Source: Amphiscolops sp. MND2022 (Eukaryota). From it: a stretch of 64,000 nucleotides of DNA. The notes under the pieces are model-generated. The model worked only from the letters and a program-made list of their open reading frames with translations. It was not told where the DNA came from and did not search any database. Position 1 is the stretch's first letter. Every line of letters begins with the position of its first letter. Location: NCBI GenBank assembly GCA_964187785.1, contig OZ076413.1, positions 45,076,001 to 45,140,000 on the forward strand, given 5' to 3'. The position numbers were made by a program, and so were the translations under genes. Below, in pieces: positions 36,801 to 49,072 of this stretch.

Positions 36801-37799
36801 TTTTTAGATTACTTGTGGCTGCGAGTTATTAGAGAATTCATTACTTGGATTAGATAAAATTAAAAATATCAAAAGGCCCTTTTTTGGTGTGAAAATCCAA
36901 AAAGGGGCCTATTTTGGTTGTTTTTAAGTTGAGCCTGATCTAAGCTGGGAATTCTCAGTCTTCCGAACTACTTCAGTAGCAGAGTTTTCCGTATTTCGAA
37001 AGTTTTTCAATACAAATAATACAGTGTATAAAATTCGTCGATCTCAATTGTTCACCATGTCAACACATAGTGCACATCCAATTAGCGTATTGAATAGATA
37101 AGCGGAATTATTCTAGGCGGTCTTTCTACAAATCGCCACTGTTAACAAACTTTAAATATCAGTTAGAATTAAAAGTTTTTTTCGTTTTCATCTGTCTTAA
37201 AACCGTTCAAAGTTTAGCCAACCTATTTGTAATGTTTTATGGTATAATAACCAAGTATGCCCTGAAAAAGCGGGAAACTTCACAAATTGTCGGCGCACTG
37301 CTTTTGATTCGAAAAAATGGAAGAGCCATCGGCAAACAAAAACTTTTACATGGTCCGCGCAAATTCCTAAAGTGAGTATTTGAAACGTATCTGGTTCCAA
37401 TAGAAACTATTTAAAAACTCCCGAAAACCCACTCTTGATTGTTTTTGCTGACGACACATGATTTAACTCAAACACTCAAAAACACTGCAACTATTTTTTT
37501 CATCTCAACAAATTGAAGAAAAGGAAAAAATAAAAATTGGAATTTCGGAGAGCATAAACTAACTCAAACTATTCTGCGTTCGAAAAAATGCAAAAACCTG
37601 AAAATAATCAAATTTTGTGTGAAAATTTCTGAGAAAAACGGTTTCGAGCTGTTTTTTATTCACTTTGGCGGTCTAAGAAAGAGTGAATTGAGAAGTGGAA
37701 AAGTCCCTGTGATACGATTGTGATACGAACATATGGAAAAATTTGCCAACTGAAAGTGAGAAATTTTTAACAGAAACTTGACGCTAGATCAATAGTTAC

Positions 37800-38097
37800 T
37801 TGTAAGTTTGAAATGTAGACCCTCCAGAACACCGATTGCAGCAAAAATGCCTCCGAATGACCCCATGCCTTGGTTTTTCACTGGGGTCACCATTCCTTTT
37901 AACCTCAGGTCGAGGCTTCTCGGCGAAAAGGTCAACTTGGCGAAACTGTAAAACGCTGAGCCGAAATACACTGGATTTGTACGTTTATATCCAAACATGA
38001 TATCCATAAATTCTCTTGCTGTCAAGTCTCCAAATTGATTGATCTCCAAATTAAAGGTAAACACATTTTCTCGGTACAGCATGTTGTGGTCTTCTAT
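37800..38097 (-). CDS. Cathepsin-L-like gene, exon 2
   Basis: Acceptor TTTTCAG (phase 0), donor GTAACT (phase 1); IEDHN, NQFGDLT, PRSLDLRLKGMVTPVKNQG; QGMGSFGGIF replaces QGQCGSCWAF. Confidence 0.9.
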
Positions 38098-38845
38098 CTG
38101 AAAAGATGAAAAGAAGCCAGAAACAGTATAACTCGGGGCTCTACATCAGGCTTGAAAGACACGAGGTATTGCAATTTCTTGAGGAGTTGTTTTTGAAAAA
38201 AGTCCCAAACTCTCACGATGTCAAAAACATGAGAGGACCCTTCTGGTCTCAAAAATACTTTTATCAGAATGAAAACACCAGAAAAAAAAACGAATAGAGA
38301 ATGCATTTTTGAAATGAAACTTGTGAAAATGCTCGAAAATTGTATTTCAAATGAAAACGTCAAAAGTAAAGGGCAACCCTTTGAGCTTTTTTGGCACCCT
38401 TTGGATCTTAAGCTTTTTGTGGAACTTTTCGTAAAACTTTTTGGTCACTTCCACCGGATTGAGAAACAAATAAGGAAATAGTCAAGTACTGGCTAAAAAC
38501 ACGATCATTTTCTTCAAAGTTTACATTATATGCCAGCTAATGGTGGTTATTGGCATTGAATAATAAAACGCATAAAATGATGAAAAACTGGATAAATATG
38601 AGCTAGAAATGATCTCTAACCAAGAGTATTGCTTGTCTAACCAAGATCGTTCAACCAACTAATTGAACATCAATAAATCTTTTCTATCATTACACATCTT
38701 AAGCGATTACTCGTTTTAATTTCTTAAATCAGGGAATTGATTGCATTTAACGAATGAGGCGAAAAGATTCATCATAACTTGCGAACCTCAGTTGTCTCGG
38801 GTAAAATTCTAAAAAAAATACAGAATGTTGTTCCAAAACACTTAC

Positions 38846-39046
38846 CTGGTTCATATTAGCTACGAATATTGTGTAGCGCTCTTTCTCTTCATCTGCTTGG
38901 TACCTCCTCTTGGTGAAGTGTTTGAATTGACCCCAAATGGGGTCAAATGGCTGACATAAAGTTGAACAGGAGGGTCCCAATGCCACCGAGGTAGGTGGTA
39001 AACAGGAAGTTATGATGAAAAGCAAAACAAAACAATCAAATTTCAT
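38846..39046 (-). CDS. Cathepsin-L-like gene, exon 1 (signal peptide and I29 propeptide start)
   Basis: Hydrophobic N-terminus; W..FK...RRY...EE.ER..IF..N; donor CAG|GTAAG; spliced ERFNIN motif EEKERYTIFVANMNQ|IEDHN; total 335 aa. Confidence 0.88.
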
Positions 39047-39197
39047 GATGTAAGAAAACAGGCTGTTGAATACTCAAATAAAATCTTTTGTTAAAATTTC
39101 ATGAACTAATGATACAGTTGGCAATCCTTTGGAAAGTTTGCTTTAAAAACCTTTTGCTTCGTAAATTACGTCAAAAATGTATGGAGCTAATAAAAAC

Positions 39198-39713
39198 GGT
39201 TAGAGGAAAAAACGCCTAAGTAAAAAACGCCGAAGAAAAAAAACACCCACCCTAATTGAATCCGATCGGAAATTTTTTTATACTGCTCCCATGTATACAA
39301 GGCATTTTTTTACCCAACATGGAAAATTCCGGAAATGCAGCATGACTATTTCAATCAAAACTGAAAATTTTCCTGATTAAAAGTTGGCTAGAAACAGACC
39401 TATAACTTATTAAAAGTTGCAATACTTCATGGTTCTGAATTGGCGCCAAATAAGGTTGCACCTTTTAGTCAGCTTGATAAAAATCTTTGAAAACTGAAAA
39501 TTTAGTGCATAGAAATTTTCATGAGAGTTTTGCAGAACCTTATAATATTCATTGGCAACCTACAAACATTGTACAAAGTTCAAGCAGTTTCCAGTCGAAT
39601 ATGCGAATGAATTCTTCTCTCAATATCTTCTATGGGTTATTTTTGCCGAGGTATTTTTATTTGGGCGTCTTTTTCTTTGGGCATTTTTTATTTGGGCGTT
39701 TTTGGAGTTGGCC
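39198..39713. mobile_element. Possible MITE with inverted AAAAACGCC / GGCGTTTTT sub-terminal repeats
   Basis: Three to four AAAAACGCC-type units on the left mirrored by GGGCGTTTTT-type units on the right; no TSD found. Confidence 0.4.
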
Positions 39714-39774
39714 ATTGCACTACAGCGCCAGTTACCTTCAGCTAATTAACTCAAGTTTGTTGCTGGATATCAAG

Positions 39775-40215
39775 CAGAGGTGTGACAGCGATAGCGATAG
39801 CAGTAGCGTTAGCGACAATTCACCATGAATTAGCGATAGCGATAGTTAGCGACAAAATAAAGCGTTAGCGAACATTTTTATTCGCTAAAAGAATTTAAAA
39901 TTAACTAATGTAATAATTTAATGCGAATAACTTGACACATCATATTGGCAGTGGCTTGGCTTTTATTTTCTTCCGAACGGTTATTCAGTGTGCCCGGCAA
40001 CGTGCAGAACCCAAGGCGAACTAGTTTTTGCCCAATTTTTTCTAAAAATTTGTTATTTGTAAAATACCATTCTGAAATTTTTGAATGAATATCTTGAAAA
40101 TCAGATTTTTTAATTAGCGATAGCGGCACCCAAAATAGCGGTCTTAGCGATTAGCGACAGCCCAAAGTTGAGACGATAGCGAACAGTGGTTTTGGGGGCC
40201 GCTGTCACACCTCTG
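39775..40215. mobile_element. Non-autonomous hAT element (MITE)
   Basis: 16-bp TIR CAGAGGTGTGACAGCG / CGCTGTCACACCTCTG; 8-bp TSD ATATCAAG; sub-terminal TAGCGA repeats. Confidence 0.9.
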
Positions 40216-40615
40216 ATATCAAGGAAACAACGTTTTACTGCAAAGTTTTTCTCGAAACTTCAAAGATTTGCAAAGATACTCTAAATCTATATTGAGTGCA
40301 TATACCAAATCATTATTGTTGTAGTCAACTGTGTCATTATAAAGCCCAAATCACCTTGAGAAACTCGAATCTCATATATTGAACAATGCGTTTTGAAACA
40401 ATTTGTATACTGAGTAAAGTGAGAAACTTGGCTCTTTAAAATCCCAAATTCAAGGACGCGGACAGTCAACACAGATCATTCTAATGCTAAGGTAGAAATG
40501 TTAGCTTTCTTGCATTGACGATGAACTAAGTCGATCAGATGTGGCAGTCAGATTTGTGTTTTTTTCTGTTATCCCAAAATGTAAAACATGTATTCTCAGC
40601 AACAAAAGTGCAGTA

Positions 40616-41011
40616 CAGAGATGGAACTGGGTCATGATTTTCTACCCGAAGCCCGACCCGAGCTCGTTTCAAAGTTCAAAGATCCTAACACGACCCGATG
40701 TTTTTGAACATTTTTAATACCCGACGAAACTTCCCGAAACTAAATTATAAATGATAATCAGGTATAAGCATCATGCGAATTCGAAAATCCCAGTTTTTAC
40801 AACAGAATTCAAAAATTCAACATCAAACAGTTTTTGGCAGACATCTGGGCTCTATGAGCTGTGCCAATAAGACAAGCTTGAATAAAATTTCGTTAACTTT
40901 GAGCAAATAACAGGAATCAATTGCGGAAATTATACAGCTAAGCTCGAAAAAGCCCGGCAATGAGCCCGCCCGGCCCTGCAACATTTAATCACGTGCTTGG
41001 TTCCAACTCTG
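40616..41011. mobile_element. Non-autonomous hAT element (MITE)
   Basis: TIR CAGAGATGGAAC / GTTCCAACTCTG; 8-bp TSD GTGCAGTA; CCCGA/CCCGG sub-terminal motifs. Confidence 0.85.
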
Positions 41012-41071
41012 GTGCAGTATTGCGTGATAAAATTCAAGTTTTTTGGAAAGAACTAACAATAGCGTGTGACC

Positions 41072-41260
41072 TCATCTTTGCCTCTGGCACGCCTTAACTT
41101 TCGTGGCAGTGAACGAGTGAGTGCTTTCATGGCACTTTGGGGGTAGGCTATCCATAAGTAGTATTGAAGCGCTTCTTTGAACTAGTCGCCTTTCATCTCT
41201 CATCGATAGCTTTTTCATTCTGTCAATAACATCTCCTGTACGATGAAATTTGTTTTCCAA
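41072..41260 (-). pseudogene. Tc1-like transposase N-terminal fragment
   Basis: KFHRTGDVIDR..KKLSMRDERRLVQ resembles the Tc1 HTH linker KF..TG.V.D..R.GRP.K.S.RDER.L.R. Confidence 0.4.
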
Positions 41261-42357
41261 AAACTTGCCAGTTTTCCGAGAGCATCGAAAATGTCTGACT
41301 ATCTCTGTAAATATTTTCCGAATTAACGGGTTTCAATCATTCTGCAACGCTCTCCAAGTGATATTTTTTACATCTTTTGACAAAAACAAATACTTTTTAT
41401 TACATGTAAATAGAAATAATTTCCAGCAAAACCAGACGTAGATTTTTGAAAAACTCCGAAAGCGTGAACAATTTAAATTTCTGAAAAGAAACTAAATCAA
41501 CACTGGTTTCATCCATCTTCGTAGGGAATACGACATGAATCAGAATATCGTAGAGACGAACCGAAAGTTGTTGGGTTAGTCAGTAGGAGCAAATAGTTGA
41601 AGTATGACAAAATGCATTGAAACAACAAACGAGGTCAGATAATCTCTAGTCGGAGTCCCGCCTGATGCACAAAAAGCACGGGTCATTGAACTACGTTAAA
41701 AGGCTGTTTTTTGAAGTTTTGGAAAAACTGCACTGGTCCAGAAAGATCCAAAATGGGCACTATGGGCTCGCGTTTTCTCTACCAGGAATATTGCGTGGCA
41801 TTTGTTCTCCTTTCTGGGGATGGAGTTCATAGTCTTCTAGACCTTCTATTCCGACTGTTCCCATTTTGGTCAAGTGAAAACAACGTAAGAGTGCAAAAAA
41901 ATGATTTCAATTTTTTGCAGAATATGGCAGGCAAAATTTGAAGAGACGGTTGACACTGTATATAGATTAGAATGCATCTGAATATCTATTAGAATGTTGC
42001 TTTCTGGAATTTCCCAGCATGACATTTCTTTTTTCAGAATGTCTTCCCCTTCAAAAGATACCAAAATCATTACAACAAAGCAACATAAGTCTTTTTGTAG
42101 GATGTAAAAAATACTTTTGCAAGACATCCAAAAAATATGTTTCAGTGGAATCCAGGGTCTTTTACTGCAAATAAAAGATAGCGTACACGCGGTATACAGA
42201 GAAATGCACAGTGACGTTTATTTGTCACACAGAGAAACGTTGGATAGCAACTCGTCAGGCTGCATAAAGATACGTAGCGCCAACACCAACTTTGTTTAAA
42301 ACCGCAAATGCGTAATCCCGGTGTAGTGATACATAGTGCAAAAACGCATATTATCGT

Positions 42358-44040
42358 TGTTAGACGACCGTACAGCAAACGATGATGTTGCGGTAGCAGT
42401 GTCTAGTTGTCTGTTTCTCTCCTCATTCTGCTCTAACAACTTCTCCTTCATCGCTTTTAGTGTAATCATTTCATTCTGTAGATGATCAAATCTCTCATCA
42501 TTTGCTCTCTGAGAGTCAGATCCGTTAGTTAATGAATTACGTCCGGTCTGGACTTGTTCTTCTAAGTTTCCACTGTTGTTTTCCATTCTCAGAACTTTTT
42601 CGGTATTAGGAAACTTAGTTGATGTATTTGAAGTTGTTGGAATTAACGATTTCCCGTTTCTAAGTATTACTGAAGAACTAGTACTCATACGATGACGAAG
42701 AGATGTATTTTGCGGATAGGAGTTGAATTGTTGAAGTCAAAAAGGAGTAAATTCAGATATCTAGTTTTACAAAGTCTTGTTACTTGATTATACGTGTAAG
42801 CGGAAGTAAGTTTTTGTGTATCTCTGTCGCTAGTAGCCTCTCGCTTGGTAAGACGCAATTCTTTCCATCCGTTCGTCCTATTGGTTACTAGGTAGGTGCT
42901 AAGTAGCACTTGGTCACGTGACCAGTCATTTTACATGTCGCAAGAGGGCTACTAGTTACGAATTGCGCGCCAATTTGATTTCAAGCTAGTTACTATGAAT
43001 ATGTAACGTGTTCAAATTGGTAGTTCGCAATAATCATCACCTGAGTCATCTATAGCATCGGAATTACATCAAAATGGTATAATAGCTGATAAGGCGTTCA
43101 GTTTGAACAAATTTAAGGTAAAGCGACGTGAATATGATGAATCTATAGCACTGGAATGATTAAACAGCAAATTTGAACAAGTCTTGTCGTTTAGACATCG
43201 TTTTCACTAGTTGATTCCGTTTTGTGGTGGTGGATGTAACTACGATGAATGAGTTTTCGCTCTAGTGTTAGTGTGAACAACTAGATGTGAAAACGATGAA
43301 TTAGGAGCACTGATTACAAAGTGAGGGTGAATACATCACTTAATCATCGTCAAACATTAATTCGATCGTGATGTCGAAACGATGAAAGATTTCCATCGTT
43401 TTTCCATCGTCTGTGTTGCACGTTCAGTTAGTGGTTCATTAGCGATGTGTAAACGATGAAACATTTTCATCTGTTTCATATCGTCAAAAATACTGCACTC
43501 ATTAGTTCAATCAAGGGGTTTCCTCGCTCTCACATTGTTTCTCATTTTCCTCATTTTTTGTTGTTCTGTCATGGTTAAACGATGTAAGATAGATGAAACT
43601 TGTTAGATTGAGATTCATTTCGAGTTTTAGCATAAATATAATCGTTATGTCATCGTTTCAAGAGAGGAGGCTTGTCGTGCTAGTTTTTTCTGAGGCAGGA
43701 GCTTTCCAGCGAGTGTCAGTCTCAATTTTCTCAATTAAACGGTCCAGTTGGACCGAAAGACTACTTTCTCCTTTTGCGACAAGCCATCAATGATTAATAG
43801 CACCTTGGTGGTTAGCACGACCATAAATTGCGGACATCGGAATTAGAATGCTCAGTAAATAATTAAATTAACTACTCAATTCTCATGGGGAATGAGGGGA
43901 TTAGGTACAAATAACGTAGAGTTGCTCACAATCATAACTTTTATTATTTGACATCATATTGCCCGTATCGAAGTAGATAAGACACAATATTTACACTGCA
44001 GATATTTAGTAGATTATATTTCCATCATGCTGGCATGACA
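42358..44040 (-). repeat. 3' LTR of element 2 (1683 bp)
   Basis: Homologous to 58624-60286 with many substitutions and indels (older than element 1); short purine run GGGAG precedes it on - strand. Confidence 0.93.
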
Positions 44041-44993
44041 CTCCCGGGGGGATTGGGAAGAGGAGTGCAGGGGCCAACTGTGCAGAGGATGGTTGTCGTA
44101 GCGTGGGCTTTGACATGGTCCTTCGTTGGTCTCGGGGGAAAGTGGCCTTCGTTGGTTCTCATTAGATTGGTTCCTTCGCTGGTTCTGTCCCATGGTTATC
44201 TTCTCTGAGACGGAGACATCTTTCATCGTTTGAATATCAGTATAATTTTGGTTATTTCGGTTAAAGTTGGACGCGTCAGTTTTAGTTCCTGGCCTGTCTA
44301 ATGTCCGCAGATCGATTTTTGTGGCTGTCAGGTGTGATTGTAGTAATCCGTTGATTTCTGACGTTGAGCGTCGTAACTGGCGTCATTTTGTCTGTTAAAT
44401 TGGAGAGCAGGACAAGGGTAGAGCGCGATGAACTGTAGGTGAATGGCCAACTGAGCTGTGAGCAAATTTGTGGTAATATATCGTATGCGGTATTGCAGTA
44501 GGTATACCAACTGTGTGCGAAGAGGAAAACGTTCATTCGTATTGATTCGTCATTGAGTAAAAAAAGTAGCCACAATTTCGAGTGCGTCTTTCCGCTGATT
44601 GTGTAAACCATTCAAATTGTCAACGACGCTGGCAGCTGAATCTAACACATTGATATGATTTTCACGGAAATTTTGAGTAATTTTGTCTGTTCAAACGGTT
44701 GTTTCCTCTGCTAGTTGGTGGAAGGAGACAGTGAAATTGGATCAATATTGAAGATTTTCCTTCAGATTTTTTTTCTTTTTGACTTTGATAAATGTTAGAT
44801 GTAGTCGAAACGTTGGTTGTTTCTTTGTTATTTGTAGAGATTGAATCAATTCTATATCACGGTTGATCAGGCCATTATATTGTTCGATTATCGTTGTTCT
44901 GATATCTTCAAAGTGCGTCCATATTCACAATCCCGCTTCATTCGTGTGTTGTTTTTCAGATTGCAATCGTTGTATCGTGTCTTCATCGTCAAG

Positions 44994-47900
44994 ATGTCAG
45001 ATGATAGCCAGCTGAATCCCTTTACTGAAGCGAATCTATTTAGTTAGTCATCTGTCTTCCATCGTCGCGGCTGTTATGGATTTGGGCAATTGTAATCCAT
45101 TTTTCTCGTTGTCTAGCTGCTGAAGAACGAATGACACCGTCTGGGTCTGGGAGCCCAAGGGTGTACACTCAATTGACTGGGGTGGGGCCTATGTCGCCCA
45201 TGCAAACTCTCTCGATGCATCACCCATTTAGGCCCGTGTATCCGCAGAGTGACCCTTCTACAGTTTCATCGAGAAATATCAGTTTGTCATCTGTAGCATC
45301 CGGTTATCGTCATGTGCTCTCTTTGTTGTTTCAGTTCACTCTCCCTGGCAACAAACTCTTGGATCTCTATCCTTGGGATGGTACGTCAGATGCCTGCGGA
45401 ATGCAATGCGAGAGGAGCTTTCTGTAGCCAGTAAGTACCATTTTTGTGTATTCAGAGTTGCAAACTGTCCGGTCCAGTAAATCAAATTGTCTTGCAGTAG
45501 TTTCATCTGTTCTCTATCGGAGTGGGGCCCGCGATGTAAAAACGATGAATACTATTGTTTCAGTCCCGCGAGAGTTGCGAGATTTGGAGAGGCCTGTTGT
45601 TCGGCAGATTGTGTCTGTGGCGTGTGGTGTTGAGCGGGAAGGAATTCCACAGAGTGTAGCCACGCAGACGAGGCGTGAGTTTGCCGTCGAATCGCCTCCT
45701 AGTAGTAGTGGAGAATTAGAATCTGCTGTTGTTGAAGAGCTGATGGAGACTGGCGGCTCAGTTGTAGAAGCTGTAGTAGGTGTATTCAAGAGACCAGGAG
45801 CCGCTGATAGTGTCACTGTGTCAAGTGTGCAGGTCGTCGGCAGTTCTCCCGTTGGCAATGCTGTGGACTCTACTAGTCGTCTGGTTCGGTCAGGTAAACT
45901 AAACAGCTTCAACGATCATGTGATTCACCGTAATTCCGACATGTTATCGTTACCTAGTTACTGAACGTATCATTTGAAGCGCTTAATTAGGCGGTTTAGC
46001 TCAGTTGTTTGACCTTGTGACTTATTTTTTCCTATTATGCGTTTTCGGTGACGGTTTTATGCCGTCGAAGTGGGTTTTTTGGCTATTTGTTTTTGTAAAA
46101 CATCGGCTTCTCATCATTGTAAACTTTTCAGGGGTGTTTTAAGTGAAAACATCGTTGTTCCACCGTTTTAGACTTTTGTTGGCCTTTTTAAGAGAAAACA
46201 TCGTTTTGTCATCGTTTTCAGACCAGGAGAGTGTTTTTACTCTGCTAGAGAGACAGGTTTCATCGTTTTCTCATGGGTTTCTGTTTTAGTCGCAAAGAAC
46301 AGCATTGGATCCACCTGGTTTCAGCATCCGTACGCAGGGATGTCCCTGTGGTTCGCGCGGACTCACAGGTCTTCCGAGGCGTACGTGCGATGCCTTCTGT
46401 GCCGTTGTGACTTGAAGGTCGGGCGCCGTGGCATCTCTACCTTTTTGGAGCATTGTCGTGGTGTTATTCATCATAAATTGGACTGTTTGGTTCGTCCTCG
46501 GCGTGGTCTCTTACGGAAGCGGCTGACATGGGAGAAGAGTTGCGTGGCTTGTCCGTGCCAGATGTGGAGTTATGTCCGGCGTTCTCAGTTCGTGAGGTGT
46601 TCGCGGTCGAAACGAGAGGCAACAGCATCTGGGATTCGGGTGTGTCTGAAGTGCCGGACAATGAAAGGAGATTGAGGCTATTATTTTGTTTCGTGGTAGA
46701 CGCCTTATACTGTGGTGGAGATGTCACTAGTCTTGCTCATTTGTCGGACTCAGTTGCCACGACTGACGTTGCGTATCAGAGTCTGTTGAGCGGCGGTTCT
46801 CCATAGGAAGATGTTATTGTAAGTATATGTTGCATGTAATTCATGTGTTACATGTGGATCTATATGTTTTGTGATGGGTTATACTGTTGTATGTTATTGG
46901 TTAATGTTTGTGATGTTCTTCGATTTTTGTATGGCTTTAGGCAGTTCTGGTCTTCGGAGTGTGGCCGTACGTGGTGCGGTCATTCTCAGCGGTCTTGAGT
47001 GCTGAAAACTATGTCGGCTTTTACGTGGAGGTGGATCGGGACACGGTGCGTTTTTCTGTGACAGTAGCTGAGTCAGATGTCCTGAGAGGGTATGTTCTGT
47101 TTGAAGTGGGGTCAACTGGTCAGTGGGAACGGCGCGTAGCTGACTGGATAGCGAATTGTTGTTGCATGTTGAAGGAAGTGAGGCCTATCGGAGTAAGTTG
47201 TACTGGAATGCCCTCTTTGCGAGGATTGATGGAAGGCGAGAATGGCTCTGGGAGTGTGCTTCTGGACCCAGTCCGGTTAGGGTCAGTCATGCGGGTGGTG
47301 ACGTCAGCTGGGATGTCTGTGTTCCCTGGTCAAGACGTTCATGTTGTTATGAATTTCCTGCTGATAAAGTTGCGTGAATTACTGACCCTAACCGGACTGG
47401 GTCCAGAAGCACACTCCCAGAGCCATTCTCGCCTTCCATCCATTGATCCTCGCAAATCTGACGGATCCAATCTTGGTGGCTTGTCCAGCTCTCGTGTGAG
47501 TAAGTCTAAATTTTTAGGATTTTCAATATGTTCTCCCTCTTTTTTGTTTTACTTTGGAGTTGTTAGTGGGGCATAATGAGTGCGGGGAGTTGTTTCGCTT
47601 TCTTTATTGTAGTTGGTCGTTTTAGTGTAACGTTTCCGGTGAAATTTCAAATTGGGAGATTGTGGCGGTGTTGGAGGAACTACGTGCGTCGTGGGAGAGT
47701 CTGGTCGAACTGTTAGACGATTGGATCGGTTGAGTGGCAGCGTGGATCCTTTGCGGATGGAACTGTTGGTGTTACAAGAGTCTGGGCTGTCTCTCAAGTT
47801 TCACGCGGTGGGGATGGTGTACATAATTGGTTAATATAGTAGTTTTGTTTGTGTGAATTAAGTAATCTAAATATTAATCTGATTTCTAGAGACGGGTATA

Positions 47901-48964
47901 GGTTCCATCCGTAGTACATCGTCGAGTTACCTTTTTAAAACTTGAGTGCATAAGTTTCATCTGTTAGGCATCGTTTTGTAGATGTGTTGTTCATCGTTTG
48001 TATCTCTGTTTTAGTGCTGCGAGGGATGCAACAGACCTTCAGTGAACGACTCTTTTGGGGGGTTTATGGTCTAATTGAATCCTGGAGGTGGTGCGACGTC
48101 TATGTCTGATGATGGCCGAAGATGAAACATTTCCGCAGTCGTATGAGGTATATCGCTGGTGCAGATTTAAACTTTCTGGTTTGCGATTGAGAGAGGAAAA
48201 GAAGCTTTAATGTTTCAAACATTCGCGAGTCATAGGGCTAGTTATTCTTGTGTGGGGGGCAGCATCATCATGCTGTTACTCTGGTTGAAGAATTTGTTAT
48301 AACAGTTGCTATGAATTTGTTAAAGTTGTCTCCACTATCGGATCATGTCAACATGGCCCTGGCTTGTTGGAGTCCCGATATGTCGATACATGGACAAGTT
48401 GGTGAAATGGAAGAGCTAATGGGCTGTTAATTAGAAATGTTAGAGCGGAGTGGGCGAGTGAATTATGCTGCGAGGATACCCACGCTCGAGTCTTTCGTGC
48501 AGTTCATTAGACGATTTAGAGATGAACATGCTGATGACTATGATAGAAGTACCCACGAGATTGAGCTGTGGCAATATGGGTCGACGAATGTCGTTTTGTG
48601 TCGATTGATGAAATTGTGTTTTTGTGTGAGCGGAAGCGTCAATCAGAGCCACAGTTTTGTGAGTATGAGTTTAATAAAGGTGTCGTCAGAGAACTTGTGT
48701 AGTGTGCTGCGTACGATTTTGAGCTGGTGTCAGAGTCGGGGTGTGAGAAGTCTACATAGTATTCCAGACGCACTGGTATCAGAAAGTAGCGATGCAGTGG
48801 GACGCGTGGCAGAGTTAGCAGCAGTCAGCATGGACGATTTAGGGGATGAGGTCGGCAGATCAGCGACTGATGGATACAGAGAGTCCGTTTTCGAACGGAT
48901 GGGGCTCACCGTTGATGGAGATAGAGTATCCAGTCCCGAGATTGGAAGTCAGCATCGATTTTAA
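44994..48964 (+). pseudogene. Antisense, spliced accessory gene inside element 2; zinc finger plus hAT-transposase-like body with DDE residues apparently lost
   Basis: Phase-consistent GT-AG introns 45894-46289 (phase 1) and 46819-46940 (phase 0), probable 47496-47612; W..HP...W..AYVRCLLCRCDLKVGRRGISTFLEHCRGVIH zinc finger; YVGFYVEVDRD; IGVSCTGMPSLRG; C-terminal LW..VLCRLMKLCFCVSGSVNQSHSFVSMSLIK resembles the hAT dimerisation domain; several stops and frameshifts; 5' end approximate. Confidence 0.6.
47216..47456. repeat. 60-bp perfect inverted duplication (47228-47287 / 47381-47440)
   Basis: GATGGAAGGCGAG...GGTTAGGGTCAGT is exactly reverse-complemented 93 nt later, with a short extension TTTGCGAGGAT / ATCCTCGCAAA. 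Confidence 0.9.
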
Positions 48965-49072
48965 AACATCTTGTTTTACGACAGTTTGATTTTGTGTATT
49001 TTGCATGGACTTAATTATATACTATGCAAGTGTTTGTTTGTAGTCACTACAAACAAACACTTGTGTCTGTTC

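Larger units (their letters stand above)
24593..36972. mobile_element. Decayed Polinton/Maverick (adintovirus-like endogenous element) in cathepsin intron 2
   Basis: Termini AGTAGT...ACTACT; ~130-bp imperfect TIRs (24593-~24727, ~36830-36972); 6-bp TSD TCAGTA (24587-24592, 36973-36978); remnants of integrase, capsid, PolB, ATPase and protease. Confidence 0.92.
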
